DNA of 46,303 nucleotides from a virus (lineage: Duplodnaviria; Caudoviricetes), in IMG/VR virus record IMGVR_UViG_3300046710_000414, positions 1 to 46,303 of that record. One strand, 5' to 3'. The notes under the pieces were generated by a model that was given only the letters and a program-made list of their open reading frames with translations, was not told the origin of the DNA and did not search any database. Position numbers and translations under genes: made by a program. Positions 27,148 through 35,716 of the stretch are shown one piece after another; position 1 is the stretch's first letter; each line of letters starts with the position of its first letter.

Positions 27148-27606
27148 ATGAGAGCATCTATTGTTGATTTTATGGCTAAAAAAGCTTCTGAAAATTTTAA
27201 GCTAAAAGAAGCTTCTTTTGTTGGGTTTGAAAATATTGATATAGAAGAAGAAAATGTTATAGAAAACAATGATGAGGAATTTTCCGCAAATATCGAAGTA
27301 TGGGCAGACATACATATATCTTATGAGGGTACTCCACCAGATAGCTATAGGGTACTTAATAGAATACTTCAGGATTGGGTTGATGATCATGATGGTGATC
27401 TTAAAAAAATGATCAATCCAAGACTATCATCATTTCTTAAAGAAAAATATGCTAATCTTGATATATCAGATTTGAATCAGGATTTTGATGATTATATCTG
27501 GGAAGACCAGGTTGATTATATGCCAGATATTGATGAGGATAAGAAGGTGATCAAGTTTACTGTTGAGTTAGTACTTGAGATCGAAGAAGAAGATAACGAA
27601 GAATAA
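27148..27606 (+). CDS. Acidic hypothetical protein
   Basis: ORF track; N-terminal KKAS/KEAS. Confidence 0.7.
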   Translation: MRASIVDFMAKKASENFKLKEASFVGFENIDIEEENVIENNDEEFSANIEVWADIHISYEGTPPDSYRVLNRILQDWVDDHDGDLKKMINPRLSSFLKEKYANLDISDLNQDFDDYIWEDQVDYMPDIDEDKKVIKFTVELVLEIEEEDNEE

Positions 27607-27670
27607 GATTGTGCCCTTCCGTTAAAGAACTGATCTTGCATATGTTGGTTCCTTTGTCTGGAGACTCCTT

Positions 27671-28075
27671 ATGGAAAGTTTTATACAAGGACATCGGATA
27701 GGACAAACAGATCTTATCCTTAATTTGTATGCGCGGTATTATAATGCCTACCCATACCAGACTTTTCCATATACTCCATATTGGATAAGATATGATATTG
27801 GGTTTGTTCATCCTCTTACAAATCAATTTATGCCAATTGGTATTCGTAACAGATTACCTGATATTTTAGATACGGGAAAGATAAGACCCAATTTTATTAT
27901 TGAGAATACATGGAAGATTGGGACTTATGAGATACGCTGGTATTATAGGGCTTTAGAGACCTCTGCTACACAATTGACCACTGTGGAATTTTCAGTAACT
28001 TCGGATGGTATTCATCAGCAAATGTCAGCTATGGAAAATCACTTCGATATTAATGCTTTCATGATATTGTACTAA
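27671..28075 (+). CDS. Hypothetical beta-rich (Ig-like) structural protein
   Basis: Loosely resembles the N-terminal domain of 28348 (PYWIRYDI vs PYYIRFSI; IGTYEIRW vs IGDWLVRW). Confidence 0.65.
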   Translation: MESFIQGHRIGQTDLILNLYARYYNAYPYQTFPYTPYWIRYDIGFVHPLTNQFMPIGIRNRLPDILDTGKIRPNFIIENTWKIGTYEIRWYYRALETSATQLTTVEFSVTSDGIHQQMSAMENHFDINAFMILY

Positions 28076-28086
28076 AATTTTAGAGC

Positions 28087-28103
28087 TAATAATCTAATAA
28101 TAT
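28087..28103 (+). promoter_or_regulatory. Putative late promoter TAATAATCTAATAATAT
   Basis: Motif variant in the intergenic gap. Confidence 0.6.
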
Positions 28104-28139
28104 AAAATCCTTACAGTAATATTATAGGGAGACAATTTT

Positions 28140-28346
28140 ATGCAACGTAAAAAAAATCCTGTCTTCAGGGACATGATTCGAATATCATCCTATATAAGAT
28201 CTGAAAATGGGGAGTTTCTCAAAGATGAGTCAGGTAAGATTACTCCATATATTCAGGAACAGTTCCGTAAGTTTTCATTCCTTAAAGAAGACTCTGTAAG
28301 GAAAGTTCTTGACAAGTATCTAAATAATATTGATCGAGGAATTTAA
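28140..28346 (+). CDS. Hypothetical protein
   Basis: ORF track; GGGAG RBS. Confidence 0.65.
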   Translation: MQRKKNPVFRDMIRISSYIRSENGEFLKDESGKITPYIQEQFRKFSFLKEDSVRKVLDKYLNNIDRGI

Positions 28347-28347
28347 T

Positions 28348-29244
28348 ATGTCAGTAGCATACCAAACGGGACAAACTCTTACCCAAGAAGATTTGAAAAT
28401 ATTAATCCGGGATAATATCGGAAATTTGGTAGATCCCTATTATATTAGATTTTCTATATTTGATTATACTACAGGTGTTGAAGTTCTTATTGGGCCTCCA
28501 GATCAAATCCCCGCTACCATGGGGGTAGGTCAATATTATGTGAATATTACCATACCCTTAGATGCAAATATCGGAGACTGGCTAGTACGATGGAATTTTA
28601 GGGAAACTTCAGGATCTCCTACAATTCAAGTTGTTCAGGAATTTAATGTTGTTGCTAAAGATGTAAAGACAGATATTACTAGTGTTGATTCTGAGCAGTT
28701 GCTCGTAAGAAGGTTAAGAATTATGCTAAGGGATAATAATCCCGATCGTAATTATAGATTTCGTCCCCCGGCGAGTGAAAAGTTCATACAAGCACAAGCT
28801 CAGGTATTTGGTTACGTGTGGGAAGATTATGAACTCTATGAGTATCTACTTATGGCTGTTGATTATTTCAATACGGCTCCTCCGGTGACAGGTATAACAT
28901 TATTTCAAACTCCGGATAGATGGAGAGCTGTGATTCTTCTTAAGTCAGCATCACTGGCTTGCGGGGCTCTTGCTTTGAATTGGATAGTTGATGAGTACGA
29001 TTATAGCATCAGTGGAGTGTCTCTTAATATAGAGAAATCTTCTAAATATCAATCCATGAAAGAGTCCTTTGAAGGTGAATACGATAAACTTCTTGATCAG
29101 GCTAAGAGATCTATAAAGATTGCTATAGGACTAAAACAACCTCGTTACGGTATAGGAATTAGCTCGGCCCTGGGGCCCTATTCGCGCCCGGGCGTCCAAT
29201 CACGCAGAAATTTTGTTTCCGGAGCAAGAGGCGGCTGGTCATAA
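28348..29244 (+). CDS. Putative head-tail adaptor (neck) protein with Ig-like N-terminus
   Basis: VRRLRIMLRD...WEDYEL...YSISGVSLNI helical connector pattern; GAGG RBS favours ATG 28348. Confidence 0.55.
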   Translation: MSVAYQTGQTLTQEDLKILIRDNIGNLVDPYYIRFSIFDYTTGVEVLIGPPDQIPATMGVGQYYVNITIPLDANIGDWLVRWNFRETSGSPTIQVVQEFNVVAKDVKTDITSVDSEQLLVRRLRIMLRDNNPDRNYRFRPPASEKFIQAQAQVFGYVWEDYELYEYLLMAVDYFNTAPPVTGITLFQTPDRWRAVILLKSASLACGALALNWIVDEYDYSISGVSLNIEKSSKYQSMKESFEGEYDKLLDQAKRSIKIAIGLKQPRYGIGISSALGPYSRPGVQSRRNFVSGARGGWS

Positions 29245-31317
29245 GGGATACGGCAGGGATACATAGTTTATTTTTTGTTTGAGATCTTTTAACTCTCTTT
29301 TATTTATCCCTAATAAGATAGAGTATTTACCTTTTTTTAATAGCCTAATTTTCTTAGCTTCTTTTAATAATTTTTTTCCCCAGGAATACCAATTTTGTTT
29401 AATATCCTCAGGTATTTTTGATAAATCCTTAAATTGATTTTCTTTAAACCACTCTGGTTTTAGTTCTATACTATTTTTTTTACACCACACTTTAAAAGTT
29501 GAAGTTCTTCTCAGGTATCTGGAAGAAAAGTGATGCGGTATCTCAGGGTGAACATATGAATAGGTATCACCGAAGGTGTTACCGAGATAATCAAAATTAC
29601 AGGCTCTATAGACTGTACCTCTCTCATTAGCTTCTGAATCAGAATACCCTACAAAAAGTCTCTTTGAGGTGTTATTGACCAGCCAGCGACAAGAGAACAT
29701 AATTAACCTGCTGCCTAAATTGCGGGGGGACCAAGACACTGTTGCTCCTCGTTGAATTAGTGCCTCATATATTGGGGTATCCGCTCCTAATAGACTGGAG
29801 TATGCAGGTGGTTCACTTAGTAATACAACTCCTGATAATACTCCCATATATCGGGCAGTAAAGCACCACTTAACATTAAAACCAACAGTACCTAACCACT
29901 CATACCGTTCAATGAATAATTTTATTTCCTCAGAAATTGTTTCGGGTTGTAGTATAAACTCTGAAGCTCTTATCCCTTCTATATTAAATGGAATATTTTT
30001 TATGTCTTCGGAATACCATTCCAATTTCTTTAAGAATTGATGGCACATTTGGTTCCTATTTATATTTTTTTCTATTTTTTCGATAATAAGTTCAAAAATT
30101 GTGCTATTCTTGATTGCGGAGGTAACATCACTGCTCCAGAATCTAATTAAGTTAGGTATCCCTATTACTTCTAATTTATCTCTTGCTATTGTTTTTTGTA
30201 TCTTATCAAATTGCCTGGTATTAATATTTGTCCTTTGAACTTTACCGTGCCAATAATCACCATCGTATTGTATCCATAAGTCATATGCAGGTAAGTAATA
30301 GTCAATGACATGCTTCAGTTTAGGGTGCTCTTTATGGCTCTCAGTTTTTGGGTCTAACAAAAGGAGATACTTTATAAAGTCTATTTCACCTTTAGATCTT
30401 CCTATAGAATTTCTTTGTATAGCTAATTCTCGTCCTTTTCTTCTAACTTCTTCTAAGCATAAAAAACTCTTTATACCATACTTCTCATAGCATGTTTGAT
30501 ATATCTTATTCTTTATATCTTCATTTTTTGCTGGGTTTGTTTCACCGTATCTCTCTAAGTTTTTTTCAATTATTTTCTTTTTAACCTCTGAACTCTTAAA
30601 AGGTGTCTCAACCCCATAACGAATTATATTCGTCTTCTTTATCTTTTCCTTAACTTCTTTATTTTCAGCAGGGAATGGTGCTCCATATTTTTCTAAACTC
30701 GTTTTTTTCTTTTTTTCAGCAATTTCAGGGACATTAAGTGGGACTCTTTGTCCATACTTTTCAATCATTCCTTTTTCGACCCTATCTGTTAATTGAAAAG
30801 TATTTGATATTCCATATCTTTCAAGATTTGTTTCTTTTGTTTTCTCTCGAATAGTTGGACTTTGGTTTATATATCTTACTCCATATCTTTTTAAAATAGT
30901 TTGTTCAGATTTTTCTTTTATTTTCTGTGCCTGAAATACATTATCTACACCATATCTCTCATTTACTACTAATTTTATCTTGTCACGAACTTCTTTGGAT
31001 TGTGAAGGATACTCTACTCCCCTTCTTTTCAAATTGGTTTGTCTACTTTTTTCTTTCATAGCCGGTAGAAGGGTAGAGTATTCTACACCATATTTTTCAA
31101 GCATAGCTTTTTTAGTACCCTCTATATTATCCTGTTTTATAATGGATGGGTCTCGTTTAAACTTTAGTCTACTAGCCCTATATCTTATAGATTTCCAAGT
31201 TCTGTTTAACTTAGTTAATATTATATCTTTAGGTGTTTTTAAATATAGCTCCTTGAGTAGTGTATCTTCTTGTTCAGACCATAAAAGCAAAGTAATACCT
31301 TTTTGTGCTGCTGTCAT
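29239..31317 (-). CDS. Myb-like HTH + (K/R)YG repeats + Vsr/PD-(D/E)xK-like endonuclease + Mom-like (GNAT) DNA modification domain
   Basis: WSEQEDTLL...LNRT; ten ~23-aa repeats; IDYYLP...IQYDGDYWHG; PRNLGSRLI...YSDSEANERGTVYRACNFDYLG (Mom-family pattern); GGAGG RBS. Confidence 0.8.
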   Translation of the reverse strand: MTAAQKGITLLLWSEQEDTLLKELYLKTPKDIILTKLNRTWKSIRYRASRLKFKRDPSIIKQDNIEGTKKAMLEKYGVEYSTLLPAMKEKSRQTNLKRRGVEYPSQSKEVRDKIKLVVNERYGVDNVFQAQKIKEKSEQTILKRYGVRYINQSPTIREKTKETNLERYGISNTFQLTDRVEKGMIEKYGQRVPLNVPEIAEKKKKTSLEKYGAPFPAENKEVKEKIKKTNIIRYGVETPFKSSEVKKKIIEKNLERYGETNPAKNEDIKNKIYQTCYEKYGIKSFLCLEEVRRKGRELAIQRNSIGRSKGEIDFIKYLLLLDPKTESHKEHPKLKHVIDYYLPAYDLWIQYDGDYWHGKVQRTNINTRQFDKIQKTIARDKLEVIGIPNLIRFWSSDVTSAIKNSTIFELIIEKIEKNINRNQMCHQFLKKLEWYSEDIKNIPFNIEGIRASEFILQPETISEEIKLFIERYEWLGTVGFNVKWCFTARYMGVLSGVVLLSEPPAYSSLLGADTPIYEALIQRGATVSWSPRNLGSRLIMFSCRWLVNNTSKRLFVGYSDSEANERGTVYRACNFDYLGNTFGDTYSYVHPEIPHHFSSRYLRRTSTFKVWCKKNSIELKPEWFKENQFKDLSKIPEDIKQNWYSWGKKLLKEAKKIRLLKKGKYSILLGINKRELKDLKQKINYVSLPYPL
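30450..31110 (-). repeat. About ten coding repeats of ~23 aa (K-x-K-x-T-N-L-E-R-Y-G-V-E-x-P type)
   Basis: KYGVEY, RRGVEY, RYGVDN, RYGVRY, RYGISN, KYGQRV, KYGAPF, RYGVET, RYGETN, KYGIKS; boundaries approximate. Confidence 0.85.
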
Positions 31318-31349
31318 ATATCCTCCATAGCATGGTTGTCCTATTATTA

Positions 31350-31378
31350 ATAATACTTCTTATTATCGGGTATTTCAA
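31350..31378 (-). promoter_or_regulatory. Sigma70/SigA-type promoter for the nuclease-Mom fusion
   Basis: Minus strand TTGAAA-tacccgataataagaag (17 nt)-TATTAT. Confidence 0.7.
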
Positions 31379-31387
31379 GACTTTTTC

Positions 31388-31404
31388 TAATAATCTGTTT
31401 ATGA
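31388..31404 (+). promoter_or_regulatory. Degenerate late promoter TAATAATCTGTTTATGA
   Basis: First 9 nt match the consensus; sits where + strand transcription must resume. Confidence 0.5.
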
Positions 31405-31458
31405 AGCAATATTAATAAATGGTGTTCCATAAACAAGTTCATATAAAGTGAATTACAC

Positions 31459-31761
31459 ATGGCTATAGAAGTTGAATATTTTGGTTTGACAGGTATGGTA
31501 GGTCCCGCATCTAATGCCCTGATACTGTTAAAGGCAGCACCGACAACTGGACCCAATGGTGCCTATGATATTGCTGTAGATCCTACTGATGGACCAGCCC
31601 AGCGGTATGGTATCGATTTTGGAGTTACGTTCAGTAATGTTCCGGGTACTACAGCTATGCTGGCCTTGAATCTTATTAATTCAGATATAAAAGATGTAAT
31701 GAATAATACTTCTCATGGTGTAACAGGTATCTTATATCTTAGAGCAGTATATAATTATTAA
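31459..31761 (+). CDS. Hypothetical structural protein
   Basis: ORF track; GLTGM and GVTGI motifs; DPTDGPAQRYGIDF resembles VNGPSFNYGTDF in 33288. Confidence 0.7.
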   Translation: MAIEVEYFGLTGMVGPASNALILLKAAPTTGPNGAYDIAVDPTDGPAQRYGIDFGVTFSNVPGTTAMLALNLINSDIKDVMNNTSHGVTGILYLRAVYNY

Positions 31762-31787
31762 ATCGATATATAAATTCAAGGATTAAT

Positions 31788-32360
31788 ATGCCAGAAGTCT
31801 CACTCGTAAAAAGTAAATATGTAACTGTAGAACCCACCAGTATTAAGAAAGCTAATAAGTTTACTTGTATGGGGTGGATTTATGATATACAAATCCCGGA
31901 TGAATACCCCGTATATTTGTTGACTGTATCAGATTCTGGAGGTTTAGTATTGTCAGATCAGGCAATACGAATGGAAATAAAAAGATCTGGTGATTACGAT
32001 TATAAATTACAATTTTCTAATTCTGAATCTAAACCTATTGAACAGTATACCGGTATATCATTAGATGACAAGAAATGGCATTTACTCACCTATGTATGTC
32101 TTGGTGATGGTGAAATGCGCTATTACATTGATGGTATAGAGTGCCCTTCTGAGGATGGTATTGATGAGGTAGGACTACCTTATTCGGTAGCCTGGTCAAG
32201 ACATCATCGTCTTGGTGGGGGTAATGTATGGGTTCCATATCTTTATCGAGACTGGCAAGCTGTTACGATGTATAAATGGAGATACTCCACAGGATTGGTC
32301 TTACATCAAAAATGGATTAACGAGCTTAAAATGATCGAACAACCAAAAGAGACTGTATAA
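31788..32360 (+). CDS. LamG/concanavalin A-like domain protein
   Basis: FTCMGWI...LDDKKWHLLTYV...MRYYIDG. Confidence 0.65.
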   Translation: MPEVSLVKSKYVTVEPTSIKKANKFTCMGWIYDIQIPDEYPVYLLTVSDSGGLVLSDQAIRMEIKRSGDYDYKLQFSNSESKPIEQYTGISLDDKKWHLLTYVCLGDGEMRYYIDGIECPSEDGIDEVGLPYSVAWSRHHRLGGGNVWVPYLYRDWQAVTMYKWRYSTGLVLHQKWINELKMIEQPKETV

Positions 32361-32885
32361 ATGAATCATATACTTTTCCCAATTACCTATGCTTGTAATT
32401 TATCATGCGCTGGATGTTGTGCAAAGAGTATCGCAGTAATAGATATTGATAAAAGTTTGGAAACAATATTAGCAAAAGCTGGTGAAATAGAATGGGTATA
32501 CATTACAGGTGGTGAACCTTTTACTATACCAAATTTAGCGGATATTTGTGATATACTAAAAAGTAAAGGTTTTAAAGTAGGGGTTACTACTAATGGAACT
32601 TTTTATAGACCAGAGATAGCTGACCATGTTGATAGGATAGGAATTAGCTTTGATGGTACTAAAGAATATCATGATGCATATCGTGGTAAGGGAGTTTATG
32701 ATAGCGCCATTAAACTATTTAATGCAGTTAAGGGTAGATGTGAGACGGTAATTATGTCTGTAGCTTTTAAAGAAAATTTAGAAGAGTTAAAAAAATTATC
32801 AAATATAGTAACTGGTTTAGATCCCACCTATTGGCAGATACAGAGAGATATGAATGATCCAAGTTTAATTATACCAAATTTTTAA
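32361..32885 (+). CDS. Radical SAM protein (compact, no SPASM domain)
   Basis: CNLSCAGC, ITGGEPF, VTTNGT, ISFDG...HDAYRG. Confidence 0.9.
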   Translation: MNHILFPITYACNLSCAGCCAKSIAVIDIDKSLETILAKAGEIEWVYITGGEPFTIPNLADICDILKSKGFKVGVTTNGTFYRPEIADHVDRIGISFDGTKEYHDAYRGKGVYDSAIKLFNAVKGRCETVIMSVAFKENLEELKKLSNIVTGLDPTYWQIQRDMNDPSLIIPNF

Positions 32886-32936
32886 ATTAATCTTATTAAG
32901 ACAAATAGTTGTATAAACACATAAGGGAGTATTAGT

Positions 32937-33269
32937 ATGAACAAAGTAATAGTGCAGAATTATGCAGATAAGAATATTGTAATTATTAATGGGAATTTGG
33001 TTTCTTATTCTTCTAATGATGGAGAAGTACTAAGTGGGGGTGTCATATCGCCAGAATTGTTTCAAAACATTCCTATAAGTAATTCTACGGGTGGTGGTGT
33101 GTCTCCTGATACAAAGTTTGGTAATCCTCTTGGAGACAGAGTAGATAATAGCTCAGGAGTGAATCTTGCGGATGGCTCAGCAGAAAGTAAACCGGTTATA
33201 ACTGTGAGAGGTGGTGGCGGGGGTACTTTTAGCATATCTTCCAAACCAAGCTGGCTATACACAAATTAA
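32937..33269 (+). CDS. Gly/Ser-rich hypothetical protein
   Basis: ORF track; AGGGAG RBS. Confidence 0.7.
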   Translation: MNKVIVQNYADKNIVIINGNLVSYSSNDGEVLSGGVISPELFQNIPISNSTGGGVSPDTKFGNPLGDRVDNSSGVNLADGSAESKPVITVRGGGGGTFSISSKPSWLYTN

Positions 33270-33287
33270 TAATAGAGACGAATAGTT

Positions 33288-35705
33288 ATGCGTTATACCG
33301 TATACGTTGATTCTTTATATGGCTTGGATTCAAATACCGGAGAACTTCTTTCTCCGGTGAAGACACTTCCTTATGCTTTGACACAAGTATATGAGGGGGG
33401 TGTTATTGTCCTTCAGAGCGGTAATGGGATATCTTACGGGAATCTTACCGTTACTAAAAATTTGACAATTAAATCTGCATATGGTGCCGTACCAATAGTG
33501 GGGAGTTTAACACTATTAAACATGCAGGGTCTTATTGAAGGATTAACATTTAAAAATATTTCCACAGGAATAACTGCAAATAATTTAAGTATTGGTTCAA
33601 CAATAGTTCGTGGGTGTAGATTTAGTAGTGTAAATACCGCAATAAGTATAAACTCCGTAAATTACATATCAATTCATAGAAATTATTTCTATGAACATCA
33701 ATCAGCTATAAAAATTAATTCTGCAAAAGAAGTCTGTGTAAATTCTAATGATTTTTCTAATGGTCAAAAATCTATAGACATAGTTACTGTTGATAGATTA
33801 GATCTATGGGGAAATACCATTTATGGGGCTTTAGATTTACCTCCGATTTTATTTCCAGATACCAATCTTAGAATAATCTATAAGACTATTAATGCTTTTG
33901 ATATCAGCCATAATAGAATACAACTCCCAGGTTTTGCTTCACCGACAAATAATGGAAAATATGACGTCGCTGTAAATATCGTAAATGGACCATCATTTAA
34001 CTATGGTACGGATTTTATAGTTATATCTTTAGGATCTATAGTCTCATGGAACGGTCTTCAACTATCACAAGAGCTTGCTATAGGTGATATAGTTAGGATA
34101 ATGTATTCTGAAGCAGGGGATATTGATCCTGGTAGAGCTATAAGTATTAGTAATATTGGGGATAAGAATAGTAGAGTAGATTCTAATAGCATATCGAGTG
34201 CAGGTATTCCGATATCTACTGGAGTTTATTTCAATACACCAGTAAAGATTCTAAATAATAATTTTGATGATGTGCTCGTATGGTGGGGGGGCTCTGTTCC
34301 TACTGGGGGTACTGGTATGAATAATATTGGTGAGACTGCTATGTATAGAGATCCTTTTAATGAGGATTTTAGATTACAGCCTTCTTCCCCCAATATCGAT
34401 AGAGGAGATTTTGATAGGTGGAATAATATTTATGGAGAGATAGGAATAAAGAAAGTTAATATTGATGGGGGATGGTACTATACTGCATCTTATACAGGTA
34501 TCAGAGATAATGTATCTCCATTCGATCGTGATATAGATTTTGATTTATTTCATAGAGGTGCCACAGGAATACAGGGGGCTACAGGAGATATAGGGGCTTT
34601 TGAGTTTAATTATAATGAAACAGCTTTGGGAAATTATGTCGCTGAATATGGATACGATAAAGATTATCCGGGTACTGAAACGGGTCCTTATGCTACTCCA
34701 GATAGAGGGTATCAGAGATCAGGTACCAATGATTTACATATAGCTACAAATGTTGTTCCATCACAAAATGGAGAAACAGGTCTTTATACTTTTTATACTA
34801 CTGGATCAAGTTATAGTAGGTTTAGAAGTAAAGAAATGATTCTGAGTGGTAGCAATTTGATTATAGGTACTCGGACAAGAAATGATGTGGTCATTATATA
34901 TCCATCACATCCTTCTTTTGAGACAGGTTTAATTTATGCATCTCCGGATGGTAATGATTTATGGACAGGCACTTTTGAATCTCCCTACCGTACTATTGAC
35001 AGGGCACTTCAAAATGGAAGTCAGTATGTTGTAGTGGAACCTGGTTATTACCCTTCTTTTCATGGTGTAACCGGTATAAGTTTGATAGGTGTAGAGAGGT
35101 ACCTTGAAATAGGTTTGAGTGGTATTTTTTATAGTAATGTTCGAGACGGATCATGGACTGGGGTAGGAACTTATAGTTATGATATGAATGATCTAACATT
35201 GACATCACCTTCGGATATAATGGGGGGATTTAATTTTAATACAGATGTAGATATAAAGCTATTTGTTACTGTGGAATCAGATAACTTAATGGTAAATATA
35301 AGTAATAATGATAATAGTGCATATATAAAAATAAATCGATCTTTATCAGTCATAACTTATGGATATATGACAGGCATAAATACATATGAGATAAATTATA
35401 GTATATCTGATCCGCATACATCTGATGAGATCTTTTCAGATCTTAAAGTCAGATTTATATTTAATGGTAATAAATTTATAATATCTATTGATGGTAAATA
35501 TATTCATGGTTCTTATACTAATAATTTTATTTCAGGATCATTTACAAATTGGGTACTGAGATTTACTAACTCAGGATCTGGGGATGATATTATTTCGAAT
35601 TTAAGTGCTTTTTCAAGTGCTATTGTAGGGGCTACAGGTATAAGTAGTACTGTGACTCTGAAAAAACTTTTTGCTATAATGGGTTCTACTGGAATACAGG
35701 GATAA
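33288..35705 (+). CDS. Beta-helix (pectin-lyase-like) virion appendage/adhesin protein
   Basis: DUF1565-like motifs YVDS..G.DSNTG...SPVKTL and YASPDGND..TGT..SPYRTI..AL; DFRLQPSSPNIDRG...DIGAFE. Confidence 0.7.
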   Translation: MRYTVYVDSLYGLDSNTGELLSPVKTLPYALTQVYEGGVIVLQSGNGISYGNLTVTKNLTIKSAYGAVPIVGSLTLLNMQGLIEGLTFKNISTGITANNLSIGSTIVRGCRFSSVNTAISINSVNYISIHRNYFYEHQSAIKINSAKEVCVNSNDFSNGQKSIDIVTVDRLDLWGNTIYGALDLPPILFPDTNLRIIYKTINAFDISHNRIQLPGFASPTNNGKYDVAVNIVNGPSFNYGTDFIVISLGSIVSWNGLQLSQELAIGDIVRIMYSEAGDIDPGRAISISNIGDKNSRVDSNSISSAGIPISTGVYFNTPVKILNNNFDDVLVWWGGSVPTGGTGMNNIGETAMYRDPFNEDFRLQPSSPNIDRGDFDRWNNIYGEIGIKKVNIDGGWYYTASYTGIRDNVSPFDRDIDFDLFHRGATGIQGATGDIGAFEFNYNETALGNYVAEYGYDKDYPGTETGPYATPDRGYQRSGTNDLHIATNVVPSQNGETGLYTFYTTGSSYSRFRSKEMILSGSNLIIGTRTRNDVVIIYPSHPSFETGLIYASPDGNDLWTGTFESPYRTIDRALQNGSQYVVVEPGYYPSFHGVTGISLIGVERYLEIGLSGIFYSNVRDGSWTGVGTYSYDMNDLTLTSPSDIMGGFNFNTDVDIKLFVTVESDNLMVNISNNDNSAYIKINRSLSVITYGYMTGINTYEINYSISDPHTSDEIFSDLKVRFIFNGNKFIISIDGKYIHGSYTNNFISGSFTNWVLRFTNSGSGDDIISNLSAFSSAIVGATGISSTVTLKKLFAIMGSTGIQG

Positions 35706-35716
35706 GGATATATTGT

